Shown: piece after piece, positions 24,599 through 36,129 of the stretch
Position numbering within the stretch: the first letter of the stretch is position 1
Layout: each line of letters begins with the position of its first letter
Assembly: GCA_036172245.1 (NCBI GenBank)
Contig: JAYWIR010000061.1
Location: 558,001-622,000 of the forward strand
Length of the DNA: 64,000 bases
Direction: 5' to 3'
DNA from: Raillietiella orientalis
Lineage: Eukaryota
Translations under genes and position numbers: made by a program
Notes under the pieces: model-generated
Told to the model about the DNA's origin: nothing
The model's input: only the letters and a program-made list of their open reading frames with translations
The model's database searches: none

Positions 24599-25969
24599 AT
24601 GAAAAAACTTGAACCAATTCATGATTTGGCATATTACTTTTCAGGTGCATGTGGCTTGTCTGCAGAACAACAACAAATTCAACGAGTAGCTCTAGAGTTT
24701 GCATATAATGAAATGGCACCTAACATGAGTCATTGGGATCAAGAGGTACATCCTGTTTGTTCTACTTTCTAAGTTAGCAATGCATTCAAGGAAATTTTTC
24801 CACTTGATACATTGAAAAAAGCTGCTGCTCTCGGATTTGGAAGCATTTATGCTAAGGAAGAATTTGGTGGATCAAACTTAAGTAGAGTTGACGCAAGTAT
24901 TATCTTTGAAGCCCTCTCTCGTGGATGTATCACCACTGCAGCTTTTTTGACCCTTCACAAGTGAGAACTTAACAGCACATGACACAACATTTCTAAGAAA
25001 CACACAGGATACAGCATATCTAAGCATATCTTGCCTTTTTTCTAGCAGCACATGTGCGTGGATGATAGACACATTTGGTACAAATGAGCAACGCAAACAT
25101 TGGTTACCAGATATCTCCACCATGAATAAAGTATGTTCTATTTGCCTGACAGAGCCTGGAGCTGGATCCGATGCAGCTGGTCTATCCACATCTGCCAAGA
25201 AAGATGGACAATTTTATGTTCTCAATGGATCCAAAGCATTCATCAGTGGGGGTGGAGACAGTGATATATACCTGGTTATGTGCCGTACAGGAGGTCCAGG
25301 ACCAAAGGGTATCTCTTGTATAGCAGTGGAGAAGGGTACTCCTGGTCTCAGTTTCGGGAAAAAAGAAAAAAAAATGGGTTGGAAAGCTCAACCTACAAGA
25401 GCTGTCATTTTTGAAGACTGTCCAGTTCCAATTGAAAACAGAATAGGCAAGGAAGGCAGTGGATTTTACATAGCTCTGAAAGGTCTCACTGGTGGACGAG
25501 TCAATATTGGTGAGCAACACAAATTAAGCTCAATATCATACAAGAGATTTTAGCATCATGCTCTCTGGGTGGAGCACAAGCAGCTTTAGAGAATACCATC
25601 AATTATACCAAAGTGCACAAACAATTTAATACACTTTTATCGGAATTTCAACATACTCAGTTTGAATTGACTCGGATGGCTACAAGTCTGGTGTCTTGCC
25701 GCCTAATGTTGCGCAATGCTGCACAATCTATTGATGAAAATCATCAAGACAGCAACATGCTGGTGTCCATGGCCAAACAAATGCTTGCACATCAATGTTC
25801 AAAGATAGCAAATATTGCCCTCCAGTTACATGGAGAATATGGTTATTTAAGTGACTACCCTATTGAACAGTATGTTAGAGATCTTCGTGTACATGAAATC
25901 TTAGGTGGCACAAATGAAATTATGCAGCTCATTATCTCTCGAAATCTCCTTAACTATGAATTCCTGTAA
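24599..25969 (+). CDS. ACAD8: Isobutyryl-CoA dehydrogenase-like (ACAD8); exons 24599/24645-24745, 24791-24960, 25049-25509, 25554-25969; true start uncertain
   Basis: GT-AG introns give a continuous frame: [85 protein letters not shown]. Confidence 0.9.
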
Positions 25970-27499
25970 TCATCTCATCATTGGGAGGACTGGAAACAGG
26001 TTTATATAGATTAGCATGGTAGATGGTTTTTTATTCCTTGATCACAGCTTGTCACCAAAGTAGCAGTGCATAGCGAAGAACATCGTTCACAACACTGGGC
26101 TTTATTGGCACAGAAGAATGAAAGGATATGGATGCAGCAAAACTTCAGATTTATAGTGAAGTTGCAACCCAAAACGGTTGGTGATAAAATACCAATCTAA
26201 TGAAGAAAGACGGAAAAAGTAAAACAAAAGCGTGGTTGATTGCTCGTTATACTTAATACTTCATAGGAAATGATTGAAGTGAGCCTAATAAATAGTATAG
26301 TAGGAGGAAGATCCTACTATAGCCTTAAATTCAAGGAGATTTCCTCAGCAATACTCAGTAGCAATACAAAATTAGATGAGACATTACGTCGATACATAAG
26401 ATAATGCATGGGAAAGATGATTGTTTAGTTACCAATTTATTCAAAGTTGCAATTCTTCAGGACACATGTTAAAAAAAATTTCCTAAACAAATATAATGCG
26501 GAGAAGAAACGAAAATCTAAGTAAATTCTCAGAGAAGATTGAGAAGTTAATGTGAAACTATGCTGAGGACATGACTTTTCCCATGGGATAAATTTGTTAT
26601 AGCCAAGATTCATTATGAGATTGATGACTGAGATAAAAGAGTTTGAAAGTCCTTACATTCTCTAGGTCTTAACAAAATGTGATTCATTTTGAACCAGTAA
26701 ACAAAGAAGGATGTATCGAAAGCAATGTCAGTCAGAAAGAGACCAGTGTCTGACTTGAGATTGAAACGAAACATTTTGACTTAATCATAGATTTCAGAAG
26801 AGAATAAACTAAGGAGAGCCGTTCTCGTAACAAAGGAAAAGAGGAAAGAAAGCTGCTCTGACTGCAGTCGATCCTCGCGATCCGCAACATTTGCAAGTCA
26901 TGTTCTCGTAAAATGATTACGAGAATATGAAACTCAACAACTGCTATTTTTCTGAAGAAACAAAAAGAGACCGATACAAAAAACATGTCTTTGGGCACAA
27001 AAGTAATTTTAATCCCAGGAATGGTACATCCTATTGCATTCTTTTCACCTGTGGCACGGCCAAACGGTGAGAATCATTTGAATCGGAAATGCAGCAATGC
27101 ACGAGGTGCTTTGCAAAGTAAAGAAGGGAGGAGGATAATGTGACAAGTACAAAAAAAAGTTTTAATAGAATTTCAAGACTTCATAAGTTAGACGCTTCTG
27201 TTTAACTTTGGTGATTCAATTTCATTAAAGAATGTTTCTTCGTTAAGAAAACGATTGCCATACTAGTAATGAAAGCATTTGATTCTGATGAAAATGCAGC
27301 AGAGTAAAAGATACTTCATTGCAAAGTAATGAATATGTTCATGACTAGATTGTTTGGAACACAGATTTACAAGGGATCGTGAAACAACATTTAGAAGGGT
27401 TCCAAAAAAGCGTGTTTTCTGAACGTTAACTGTGAGCGTCTGATTTTCAAGGTGGTGAATTACTCAAAAGCTGACTGATGCAGCTTAACTTTTCTTATA

Positions 27500-27700
27500 A
27501 TTGCATAATCTGAGAATTCTTCCTTCTTAAGAAACAGTATCTTGATGGCATCTCAGTTTGGGGAAATTGATTAAAAACACTACATTCATAGTGAAGGTGA
27601 AGGAACAAAATGTGACTGCTTAATATTTCATACTCTGCATGTATTTAATCTTGTTTTGGAACTGCATTCTACATTTTTGATGAAGTATTTTTGTTCAGTG
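27500..27700 (+). mobile_element. Possible very old hAT (ZMYM/Tip100-type) transposase remnant
   Basis: KQYLDGISVWG (Q.YDGAS.M.G) followed by IFHTLHVFNLVL (HC.AH.LNL); short and degenerate. Confidence 0.3.
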
Positions 27701-28779
27701 TTTCCCATTAAGATAAGCTTGCTGGGTGTTTTTGACGAATTGATGTAACGTTCTTTTATTTCTATAAGCGAAATAGGACGAGACGGCATAATCAAATCAA
27801 AGCGGAAGAAACTTTACAAATACTCTGAGAAAAGAGAAATTTGAGATATGGTGTTTCTTCTTGAACATTTGATCTTTTCTTTCGAATGAAATGTGGCCAT
27901 TTCAGAGAGCAGGATTTAATCTAATATCCATGAATAGGTAGAACTTCTTGTCGAAAGACAAGCATGGAGTGTTGAAAAATTGTCATTGGGAACATTTCAA
28001 AGTTTCATGTTACTAGTGAGTGGTGAATTTTGAACCTTTACCTTTGAACGGAGATGTAAGCAGACAGATGGTTACACGAGACTAATTTGGGAGAAAATGC
28101 ACCTTATTCACTAACCCAGCCTTGGTTGGAATTTGGTTCCAAAACAGTTTAAGAAAAACCCTGTACGAACTTGTTAAAGATCTACAAGTTCAGAAACATT
28201 TGCAAAATAACCGGATCCCATAAAAGCTCCTCGGGCATTTCAATATATCTACCCACCACATCCAGATGCCACTTTCCAAGGGATCGATGCTTTGCAGAAT
28301 GCTTAATGAACACTTGTAGACTGCTGATTAAACCATTGAAGCTCTCCGTCGGAACTACATGTGTTCGGTTTCTTATTTACTATGAACACAGTAACTGAAA
28401 ATGGAATGGTGCCTTTATGGAGTCGCAGAATTTACATCTTATGAAACGTACGTACTGAATTGAATCCAGAAAAATGAGGTCTCATAAAATTCAGCGTAAA
28501 TTCTGTTTGATAGGTTTAATGGGAATCCCTGTAAAGCCGGGAGTAGTCATGTTCGTGGGATGCAATCTCACTGAAAAAAGCCAGCAGTGCATCTTGTTGT
28601 AGTTGGCGACGAGGAGATGGGAATTTTCGTCTCCATCATAACGAGAAATTCTCAGGTGACTTAAACGTTCAATGAGTTTCAATTCATTTTCGCAAAGCCA
28701 GTGATTTTCCACTTTGGTCTCGTAATCTATGAAAGAAAAAGGAAGTCATGGACAAAAGCATGAACACAAAGCACGTTAA

Positions 28780-29840
28780 TGCAGCAACCGGGAAGAATCG
28801 AGGCTTGTTTGAAGTCGCTGACATGGGCAGCATTGGGAAATCGACACCGCAGGGAGTGGAAAAAAGGACGCTTTGAATGGCTGGAAGTTGATTACTGGAG
28901 ACTTTCGGGCTCAGTCACCGAGTCTTTTCCCGAACTTGAAACACCGCTTGCAAGTTTTCGAGAATTTCTTCGAAAGATGTACAGTCTTATGATTTTTCCA
29001 TTTCTTTATGAGACTTTCTGGTGAAATGAGATTATTGAGTTCTGTCCAATGACACCCTACTTGTAGGAAAGAATGTGACTGGATTGAGTTATGTAGGAGG
29101 AAGTGTATACTGTGCTGCACACCGACCTCCCCGAGCCATCTTGGTACGAGCTTTTTCAGGCTGTCGGCCACCATGGCAGTCCTCACGAATTGAGAGTGCT
29201 GATGCAGCAGCGGATGAGCAGATGCACGCGCGTGTTCGATGACTATCGAGGAGAGAATCTCCGCAAGGAGCGTGACCACCCCGCTCCCTCTTTGAGTTGC
29301 CACCGTGTGCAAGCACGCTCTCCCGTAACCAGCAGTGGAGCAGCAAACAAGACATGAAATTATCCTCCTCAAGGATTATGGGGATCAGATCGCAGATGAA
29401 GCAGCCAGCGAAGGGAAGGTCCCCTCCCTCCTTGACCATGGCACCATGACCAGCACCATCACCTCGTTCTTTCGCTACCCTTAACTGCCTGCTTTACGTA
29501 CGCTGCCTTTTCATTGAGACGCTTTCCTAGTCTTCACAGGCAGTCGTGTGGCTCCAGGAAGAGAAGGCAAACGCCAGCAGCAGATGTCTCTTCTCATGCC
29601 TTCATGCTTTCGTCTTCACGCAACGTATTAGAGGACTCATGCATCTGGTCCCTTGACTCTAGTCCTCTCGCTTCCTTCCCTTCCTGTTGTCAGTCCTCGT
29701 CCAATCTTACGGATCCTCTCTCTTCCTACTTCAATCCCCCTGATTCTGATATTCTTCCCTCGTCCTGGGTTCTATAGCACCTTCAGTTACCTCTCCTTTC
29801 TCCGCTTCCTACTTGTAACACTGCTTCGGGCACTTTCCTC
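28780..29840 (+). mobile_element. Possible decayed Tx1 3' fragment with pyrimidine-rich UTR
   Basis: YTVLHTDLPEPSWYELFQAVGHHG resembles family B GT.LW.S.L...FYHGG; CT-rich tail at 29650-29840. Confidence 0.35.
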
Positions 29841-29949
29841 GTGAGCTGGTTGGAGACCGGGTCCTCTTTGTCTGGACAGATTCGTGCCTCCGATATCAGT
29901 GCAATTTCACGATCCATCGTTGAGCCAAAGATGCTAATGAGAATCAAAA

Positions 29950-30770
29950 GCTTTTAAGGCACTTCAAAAAGCACCAAAAATTTTGGGAAAATGGAATTTG
30001 GATCGGATAAATGGAAACGCGCTTCTCTGGCAGTCAGGATGAGGCAGAAACGAGCTATGAACAAATGTCATGGAATCACCACGTTCCCTTTTTAGCTGCA
30101 ATCTTCCTGAAACTAGAGAAATCGCCGTTTGTCTGGGGATGTAGCTTCCCCAAATGCTAAGCGGGGTTGCAGGGGTGACGGAATGTGTACTCATGCGCTT
30201 CCGTGCGTGCCGGACGAACGTGTCTTGTAGAGCCCTTTCCCACCCTAACGACGGATTTCAGGACCTTTGTTAATTCGAATGCAGTTCATCATCGTCGGCA
30301 GACTCCTCCTTGAGGCAGCAATCGCAATTGCGTGCTTCATTCGCAAAGTAGTAGCTGAGAGACTACTCCTGGAACTCCCAGAGCGACGAGGAGCCATTCA
30401 AAATACCTTGTGTTCACTCCTTGGAGCAGTTAAGATGGTGTCGTCCAGATTCTCACACGAGAATAAGCGTCTCTTGGATCTCACGCAGATTTAGGATGCA
30501 AAGAACATAACGTGGGTTCCAGTCCCAGCCAGTCAACGGGGCATCCGGTTTTCGACTTCCACCAGTGGCGCCGCACTCGAAGCCAACCAGCCCCACCCTG
30601 AGGATGTAGAATAGGTCGCAGAAGGGGGGGAGGGGGGACTCGAAACACACGACGCACTCATGTTCGATGTTTCATGTCGTTGATCCTGTACGGGTATTCG
30701 AACCTGCAACGCTTGGTATCCCGTGCGGAGACCGAAGCCAACACCCCAGCCTCTAGCACGAGCATCTGCT
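29950..30770 (+). mobile_element. Tx1 family A ORF1-region remnant
   Basis: gtattcgaacctgcaacgcttggt matches 7117-7140; FQSQPVNGASGFRLPPVAPHSKP matches FQSQSVSGGIWSFRLIPVPHPKP of ORF 9533..10375(-). Confidence 0.6.
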
Positions 30771-30775
30771 ACCCC

Positions 30776-32230
30776 TTTTTTTGTTTAGAATGGGTTGATA
30801 TGTTAGTGGCTGGGTACATCACTGCATTTGAAGGATTTGAAGGAATCAAGCTTTGGGAATTCAGGTGTGGTTTTATGCTTGTTTAATGAGTCCCATCCAT
30901 TGAGCATGTGTCTAATTGAGGAGACATCTATGTACACGGGAATCATGGGTGTGGTTGTTCATTTTCAAGGAGTGTACCTTGGATGTAGATGGTGAGATTA
31001 AGTTTAGGTCTTTAACTGACTGCTGAGAGGTCGAGCCGTTCGAGGTTGAGCAGTTGCCTGGGTTTGAACTTATTTTTTGAGCTGTTTTTCCATACTCGGT
31101 ACTAACCCGCTTGTTGAAAAGTATGCGTTCTGATAATGTGCTTTAAGGTTGTGGCACCTTTGTGTGATCGATTTCGCATCATGAGGAACATGTCCAATTT
31201 AGTGACCCCAAACTGTTTCGCTATATCTGACAACAGAAGACGCCATTACCTTTTATAGCAGCTCCAAAAAGGATAGAGGAATCTGGAACTCTTGAAAGAT
31301 TTCATCGATTGTTTAATACCACGATTCCACATGGCCAACTAAGATCACACATATATATATGGATGCCTGGGTTTCTTTGAAGGACAACTTCATTATTTTC
31401 GTCATCTCTTGTTTCTTAGGCCATTCTAAATGTTTCTCCAGCCTTTTCCAATGAGCGACAGATATTCAGGATGATGGCTCCATCTCTCTTCTCAGAATGA
31501 GATGAGGACAAATTCACGTTTGAGATCTTCTCATTTTGAGAGAAAAGCACCCATCTTCTTTGCACAGCTATGCCGACATGCTCCACCAAGACACGCAACT
31601 CCTCCCTGAGTGGAAATCAAACTACTTCATGCAGCTATTGAGTATATACGTAGGAGTCTCTTTCCACACAAGGCACTGCTTGTAGGAACGATCGGTATGC
31701 TTCATTCTTGCTGCTCCTCCTATTAGCGAAAGACCGAGTTGCATGGAGTGGATAAATTGATAATCTAACAAAGACACTCTCCAGTGGAGACGAAGTAACA
31801 GCGCTTGGCAAGGTCCTTCGTAGGCTGTCTTGTCCATGATTTGGGTGACTGTCAGTACGAGACTGCCATGCACTGAGCAGTCCGAACTCTAGATGCAAAT
31901 CTCGGTCGCATAATCATGGCCAAACACAGCGATGATCTCGGCAGACATTTCTCCAAAGACACGCTTTGCTCTCGTGCGCAACGATGACTATCATTCTACA
32001 GAACAAGTAGCCCCGACGCCCCATACATACATGACTGGGTAATTGTGGAGAGCGAATTTAGGATAATCTTGCTCTGCAGATGGTGAATAGGATAATTGAG
32101 GGTTACTGTGTTAAGACAGTCTGATAGAAATGGTGCCTTGTAATGCCGCAGGGATCGCTTCCTTGAGGCTGATGTGTTGCTTATATGCATTATATGCTTG
32201 TTTATAACTGGAATGATTTTTAGTATGGGC
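30776..32230 (-). pseudogene. Putative endogenous viral element: Mononegavirales-like nucleoprotein (N) core (~31800-32230) plus unassigned downstream sequence ending in an A-tract
   Basis: KFALHNYPVMYVWGVGATCSVE (31994-32059) matches the paramyxovirus N signature F-x4-Y-x4-(S)YAMG (recalled measles KFSAGSYPLLWSYAMGVGVELE), then FGHDY...SLVLT vs LGQEM...ELGIT. Confidence 0.65.
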
Positions 32231-32249
32231 TCACCTCGTCCTACAACTC

Positions 32250-33330
32250 TAATGCAAAGCTCCATTTAGTCTTTCCCAACACACAACCGCCTCCATAACA
32301 GACTTCTTGTTACTTCGGGAAAAGATGTTGGCTTCGCGAGTAGATTTGGGTTGTTGTCACACCTTCGCTGCTCCTTCGAAGAAGGATAGCGCTATCTCTC
32401 TGGATGTTCATGGATGACTACGAGAGGACGTGACTCGTCGGAACTCGGGCAGCCTTACACTCCGCGTTGCACAACAGAGAGAGAGTCGTCTACTCCCTTT
32501 AGGTCTCCTACGTTACCTCTGATAGCGAGTAGCGGCTCAGTACCTCTCTTCCTCCCGCCGTAAGCGCAGGACAAGTAACTGTCTCCGAATCAGGGTTCTC
32601 CCTTCCTCCTGAGAGAATATCGTCTCCAGCCTCTGCTCCATGCATAGACCTCGCTCTGTGCATTGTCCTTTTAAGAATGTTGGAGGCCATTTCCCCTCCC
32701 CCTTCCCTCCTCCCCCAAAACATACCGAGTGCCGAGCGAAGCGAAAGAGCAATTGAAAAGCGTCCAACAACTGCTCTAGGAAAGAAGCAGCTTTCCATCG
32801 CCGTGTTGCGCACTGCAAGCCCTCGTCCGTCTTTGGATACCTCAGGCACGTCCACCAACCCTTTCTCTTTCTTCCCCTCCACCGGTGCTCCTGAATGACG
32901 GGATTGAACAAATTACGTGTTCCGCCTGAGAAAACGCATCTTTCTAGACACGAAAACCATCATGCACACTTGTTTCCGTGAATATCGCACACCTGACAAA
33001 AGGATTTTGTGAGACAGAGTGGGTTCCAATTTCTTTCGCAAGATTGAAGCGAACAGTATGATTGGGTCAACTGTAAAGGTTAATAAAAAAAAGAATTGCA
33101 ATAATCCTGCACTTTATAGACATCAGAAAACCAACACAATGTTTACGAAGCAATGTTGTTTGGTAGGAAGATGCTACTTTTATTTGCATACTCGCCTACC
33201 GAAGAAGAGCAACGAGAAGTTCATACCTAGAGCATGGATATCTTTTCAATACTTTTTCTATTCAGAGAGAGTTTTCGGCAACCTCTTCATAGCATGGAGA
33301 GGAGAGGCAAAGAGACAGCTTAAGCAATGA
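32250..33330 (-). mobile_element. Decayed L1/Tx1 ORF2 post-RT fragment
   Basis: RWRGRKRKGWWTCLRYPKTDEGL matches the L1 W.G.....W..L..PK..GGL motif. Confidence 0.6.
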
Positions 33331-33449
33331 GATTAATAAACATCTAGAAAAGAAAATGTATTTCAGTCCAATTACTCGAATATGGGTCTGCTTTCCTCAG
33401 ACCAGATTTACCTATACTGACACAGCATTTTAAAGGATTCCTCCGGAAA

Positions 33450-33920
33450 TATTCTCAAACTCACTAAACACAACAACACAACGAAATCAGCAGTGGAAGA
33501 TACAGGAAACTGTATCGTGAATCACAGAAATGGGGATCAGACGAGACCAAATCAAACATAGACCAAGGCAGTTCCAGGGCTCAGCAGCCAATCTCTCTCC
33601 TTAGCAAAGTCCTGGCTTCGACTGTAACATTTGAGTCCAAGAAACGACGGAACATTCCAATACCTCTTAGTCAAAGCAAGGGAATGCGAACTAAAAAGGA
33701 AAACAAGGAAACCCCACAGCAGCAGTCGACCTTCAAAAGACCTTGGGATAAACCAGACAGGAGCTTATGCTGGGTCTCCTGGAGCGCCTTGGACTTCCTG
33801 TCCATTTTATGGAGCTATCAATGCTCGATGTGGATCCACACGTATATCAACAACTATTTCAGTAGTTGGAACGTTTACGGAAGGCCAGTCAGAAGAGGAG
33901 AATCAAGGAGACGAAAATGG
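33450..33920 (+). mobile_element. Decayed Tx1 RT fragment
   Basis: QPISLLSKVLA, AVDLQK...LGLLERLGLP, GRPVRRG. Confidence 0.6.
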
Positions 33921-33929
33921 CGAAAATCT

Positions 33930-35930
33930 GGGCCAATCGGATGAAGAAAGTGCTAAAGTCGGTGGTTTTCCCCACATAGACGTGTGCTGTGCCAGGTAGA
34001 CGCATGTGGGATAACCTGAAGTGCGCTCAGGCCCTCCTGAGATACAGTCTCATCCTAGGGAAGGATCTGGTGCTATGCTTTACCGACATCGAGAAGGCCT
34101 TCAACTCGGTGGACCACAACATGCTACTGAAGATCCTGGGGAAGCTGGGCTTCTAGGAAAGATTCGTGCAGTATGAGTCACACTCTGGAGGAGGCTAACT
34201 TCACGATCAGCTTGAATGGACTAACGTCTCGGAACATCCGCATGGGAAGAGGAGTCCGACAGGGAGAGGCTCTGAGCACCATGCTCTTCGTTCTGTAAAT
34301 GGAGGCGGTAAGTTCCTTCGTTCATCACGAGAGCAGGCTCAAGGGTATCAACCTAGAAGAAGAAGACATCATGCACCTGAGCTACGCTAACAACTTGCTC
34401 TTCGTCATGTCGGACGAGCGGGACCAGGAGGCATTCCTAGACGTCGTTCAGGCCATGGAGTGCGGCCTCGGACTCAAGGTGAACCCCAACAAGTCCCATC
34501 TGTTCGCCGTGGAAATACCGGATGTCACCGTCCTTCACGACCAGGGCTTCCAGATAGCGGACAGCGTAAAGTACCTCGGGGTACTTCTCGTCAATGAAGC
34601 ACCAGCCATGGAGTTGCAGAGTTGGTCGACTATCCTGGACAAGCTGTGCGAAGGAGCCAGCCAGTGCATCGGGACTCGCTTCTCTCAGAAGGACAAGGCC
34701 AACCTCTGGAATGGGGTGATGGCACCGAAGCTTCTCTTCGTTGTGTCCTTTCAGACGATTCCCTCGAAGACGGCAAAACAGCTAGCCGACATCCAGAGCA
34801 ACTTTGTATGGAACGGCAGAAGAACCAAAGCGAAGCTCAAGTACCTGTGTTGCCCGCGGACGGAAGGAGGCACCGGCATGCGCGACGTCGCCACTGCTGT
34901 GAAACTCCAGTACCTCAAACATCTGATCCGAATTATCAGCAAATGGGACGTTCACGTTCCAGCGCGCCCTCGCAAGGCTGGTGCACGAAACTGACGGCCT
35001 GACGTCAGCTATGGCACTCACCGCGGATGACTGGAAGCAAATGGACCCTACTTGGGCACGAATACAGAGAGTTCTCGAGAATCACAAATTAAAAATTGTG
35101 CCGAGGAGCAAGGAGCTCTAAGATAAAGAATCAATTAAGGTGATCTCGCTGTTTATCAGTGTCCCTTGGGATACCCAAGCATGGATCACAAAAACAAAAA
35201 AAATCACACTGCACGAGTGCGAGCGGCTGTACAGCAGCGTGGTTATCCACGCAAGACGAGTCCTCGCTTACAAAAACGAACTTGAAGGGAGAATAACCTG
35301 CAGGACAGGTGAGCTTTGGCAACACCAAGGCACTCAGTGGTCCAGGGTGAACCCCCAAATCACCAGCATAAGGATGCCGGAAAACGTCACACCATCCGAA
35401 GAGATGGAGAAAATCAGGTCCAGATTAGGTAACGCCGTACTCGACCCACAGGCGATCGGGACGGTCCTGTGGAGATCCTCGCTGCCACCAAAACGTTCAG
35501 GACTGCCTCCTGGTGTTCTACCACGGAGGCATCCTGTGCGGCACGAGGCTCCAACGCTGGACCGGGAACCCCGATGAGGACCGGTGTCCAGGGCACGGGT
35601 CGATCGAGCACGACCTCCACATCTACACCTGACGAACCCTCGTCCGGGCTTGCAGAGTGGTGTGAAACGGGCGTTAGAGATGGACACGTCGACGCTGGAA
35701 ATATTGCGAGGACTCTTCGAGGGCGAAGAAGGCAATCCTCGCTACAACCCTACCATGCGGGTGATTGTCGCCTTCTTCCTGAGGAGCATCCTCGTCAGAA
35801 AGACCAAGTTTCTCTCAGGACTCCTGAAAAGGGAGATAAACATCCGGGCGTGCGGAAGAGTTCCAGCATGGACTCTCCTGCATTGCCTGAGAATTGTGAA
35901 CTGTGCGGCAAGGACGATGTAGCGTTGTAA
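33930..35930 (+). mobile_element. Tx1 family B ORF2 (RT to C-terminus), pseudogenised
   Basis: DIEKAFNSVDH, RGVRQGEALS, LSYANNL (YADD), VKYLGV, FVWNG...PRTEGGTG; C-terminus homologous to 45872-46380(-). Confidence 0.85.
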
Positions 35931-36129
35931 CCGCGCAGGCCGCACCGGTGATTGTGTGCAGTGTTGTTTGCGTGATGGCAGTGAGATTGGTTTGTCTTTT
36001 GTTTCAGTAAATTCACACCACTGCAAGTCGGACTGGGGAAAGAGAAGCAAGGAAACAGCTTAAGCCTATGCTCTTCAGCATTTATTTTAAATCAGCGCTC
36101 AGGGTGTATAGGATAACACTGGTATCTTT

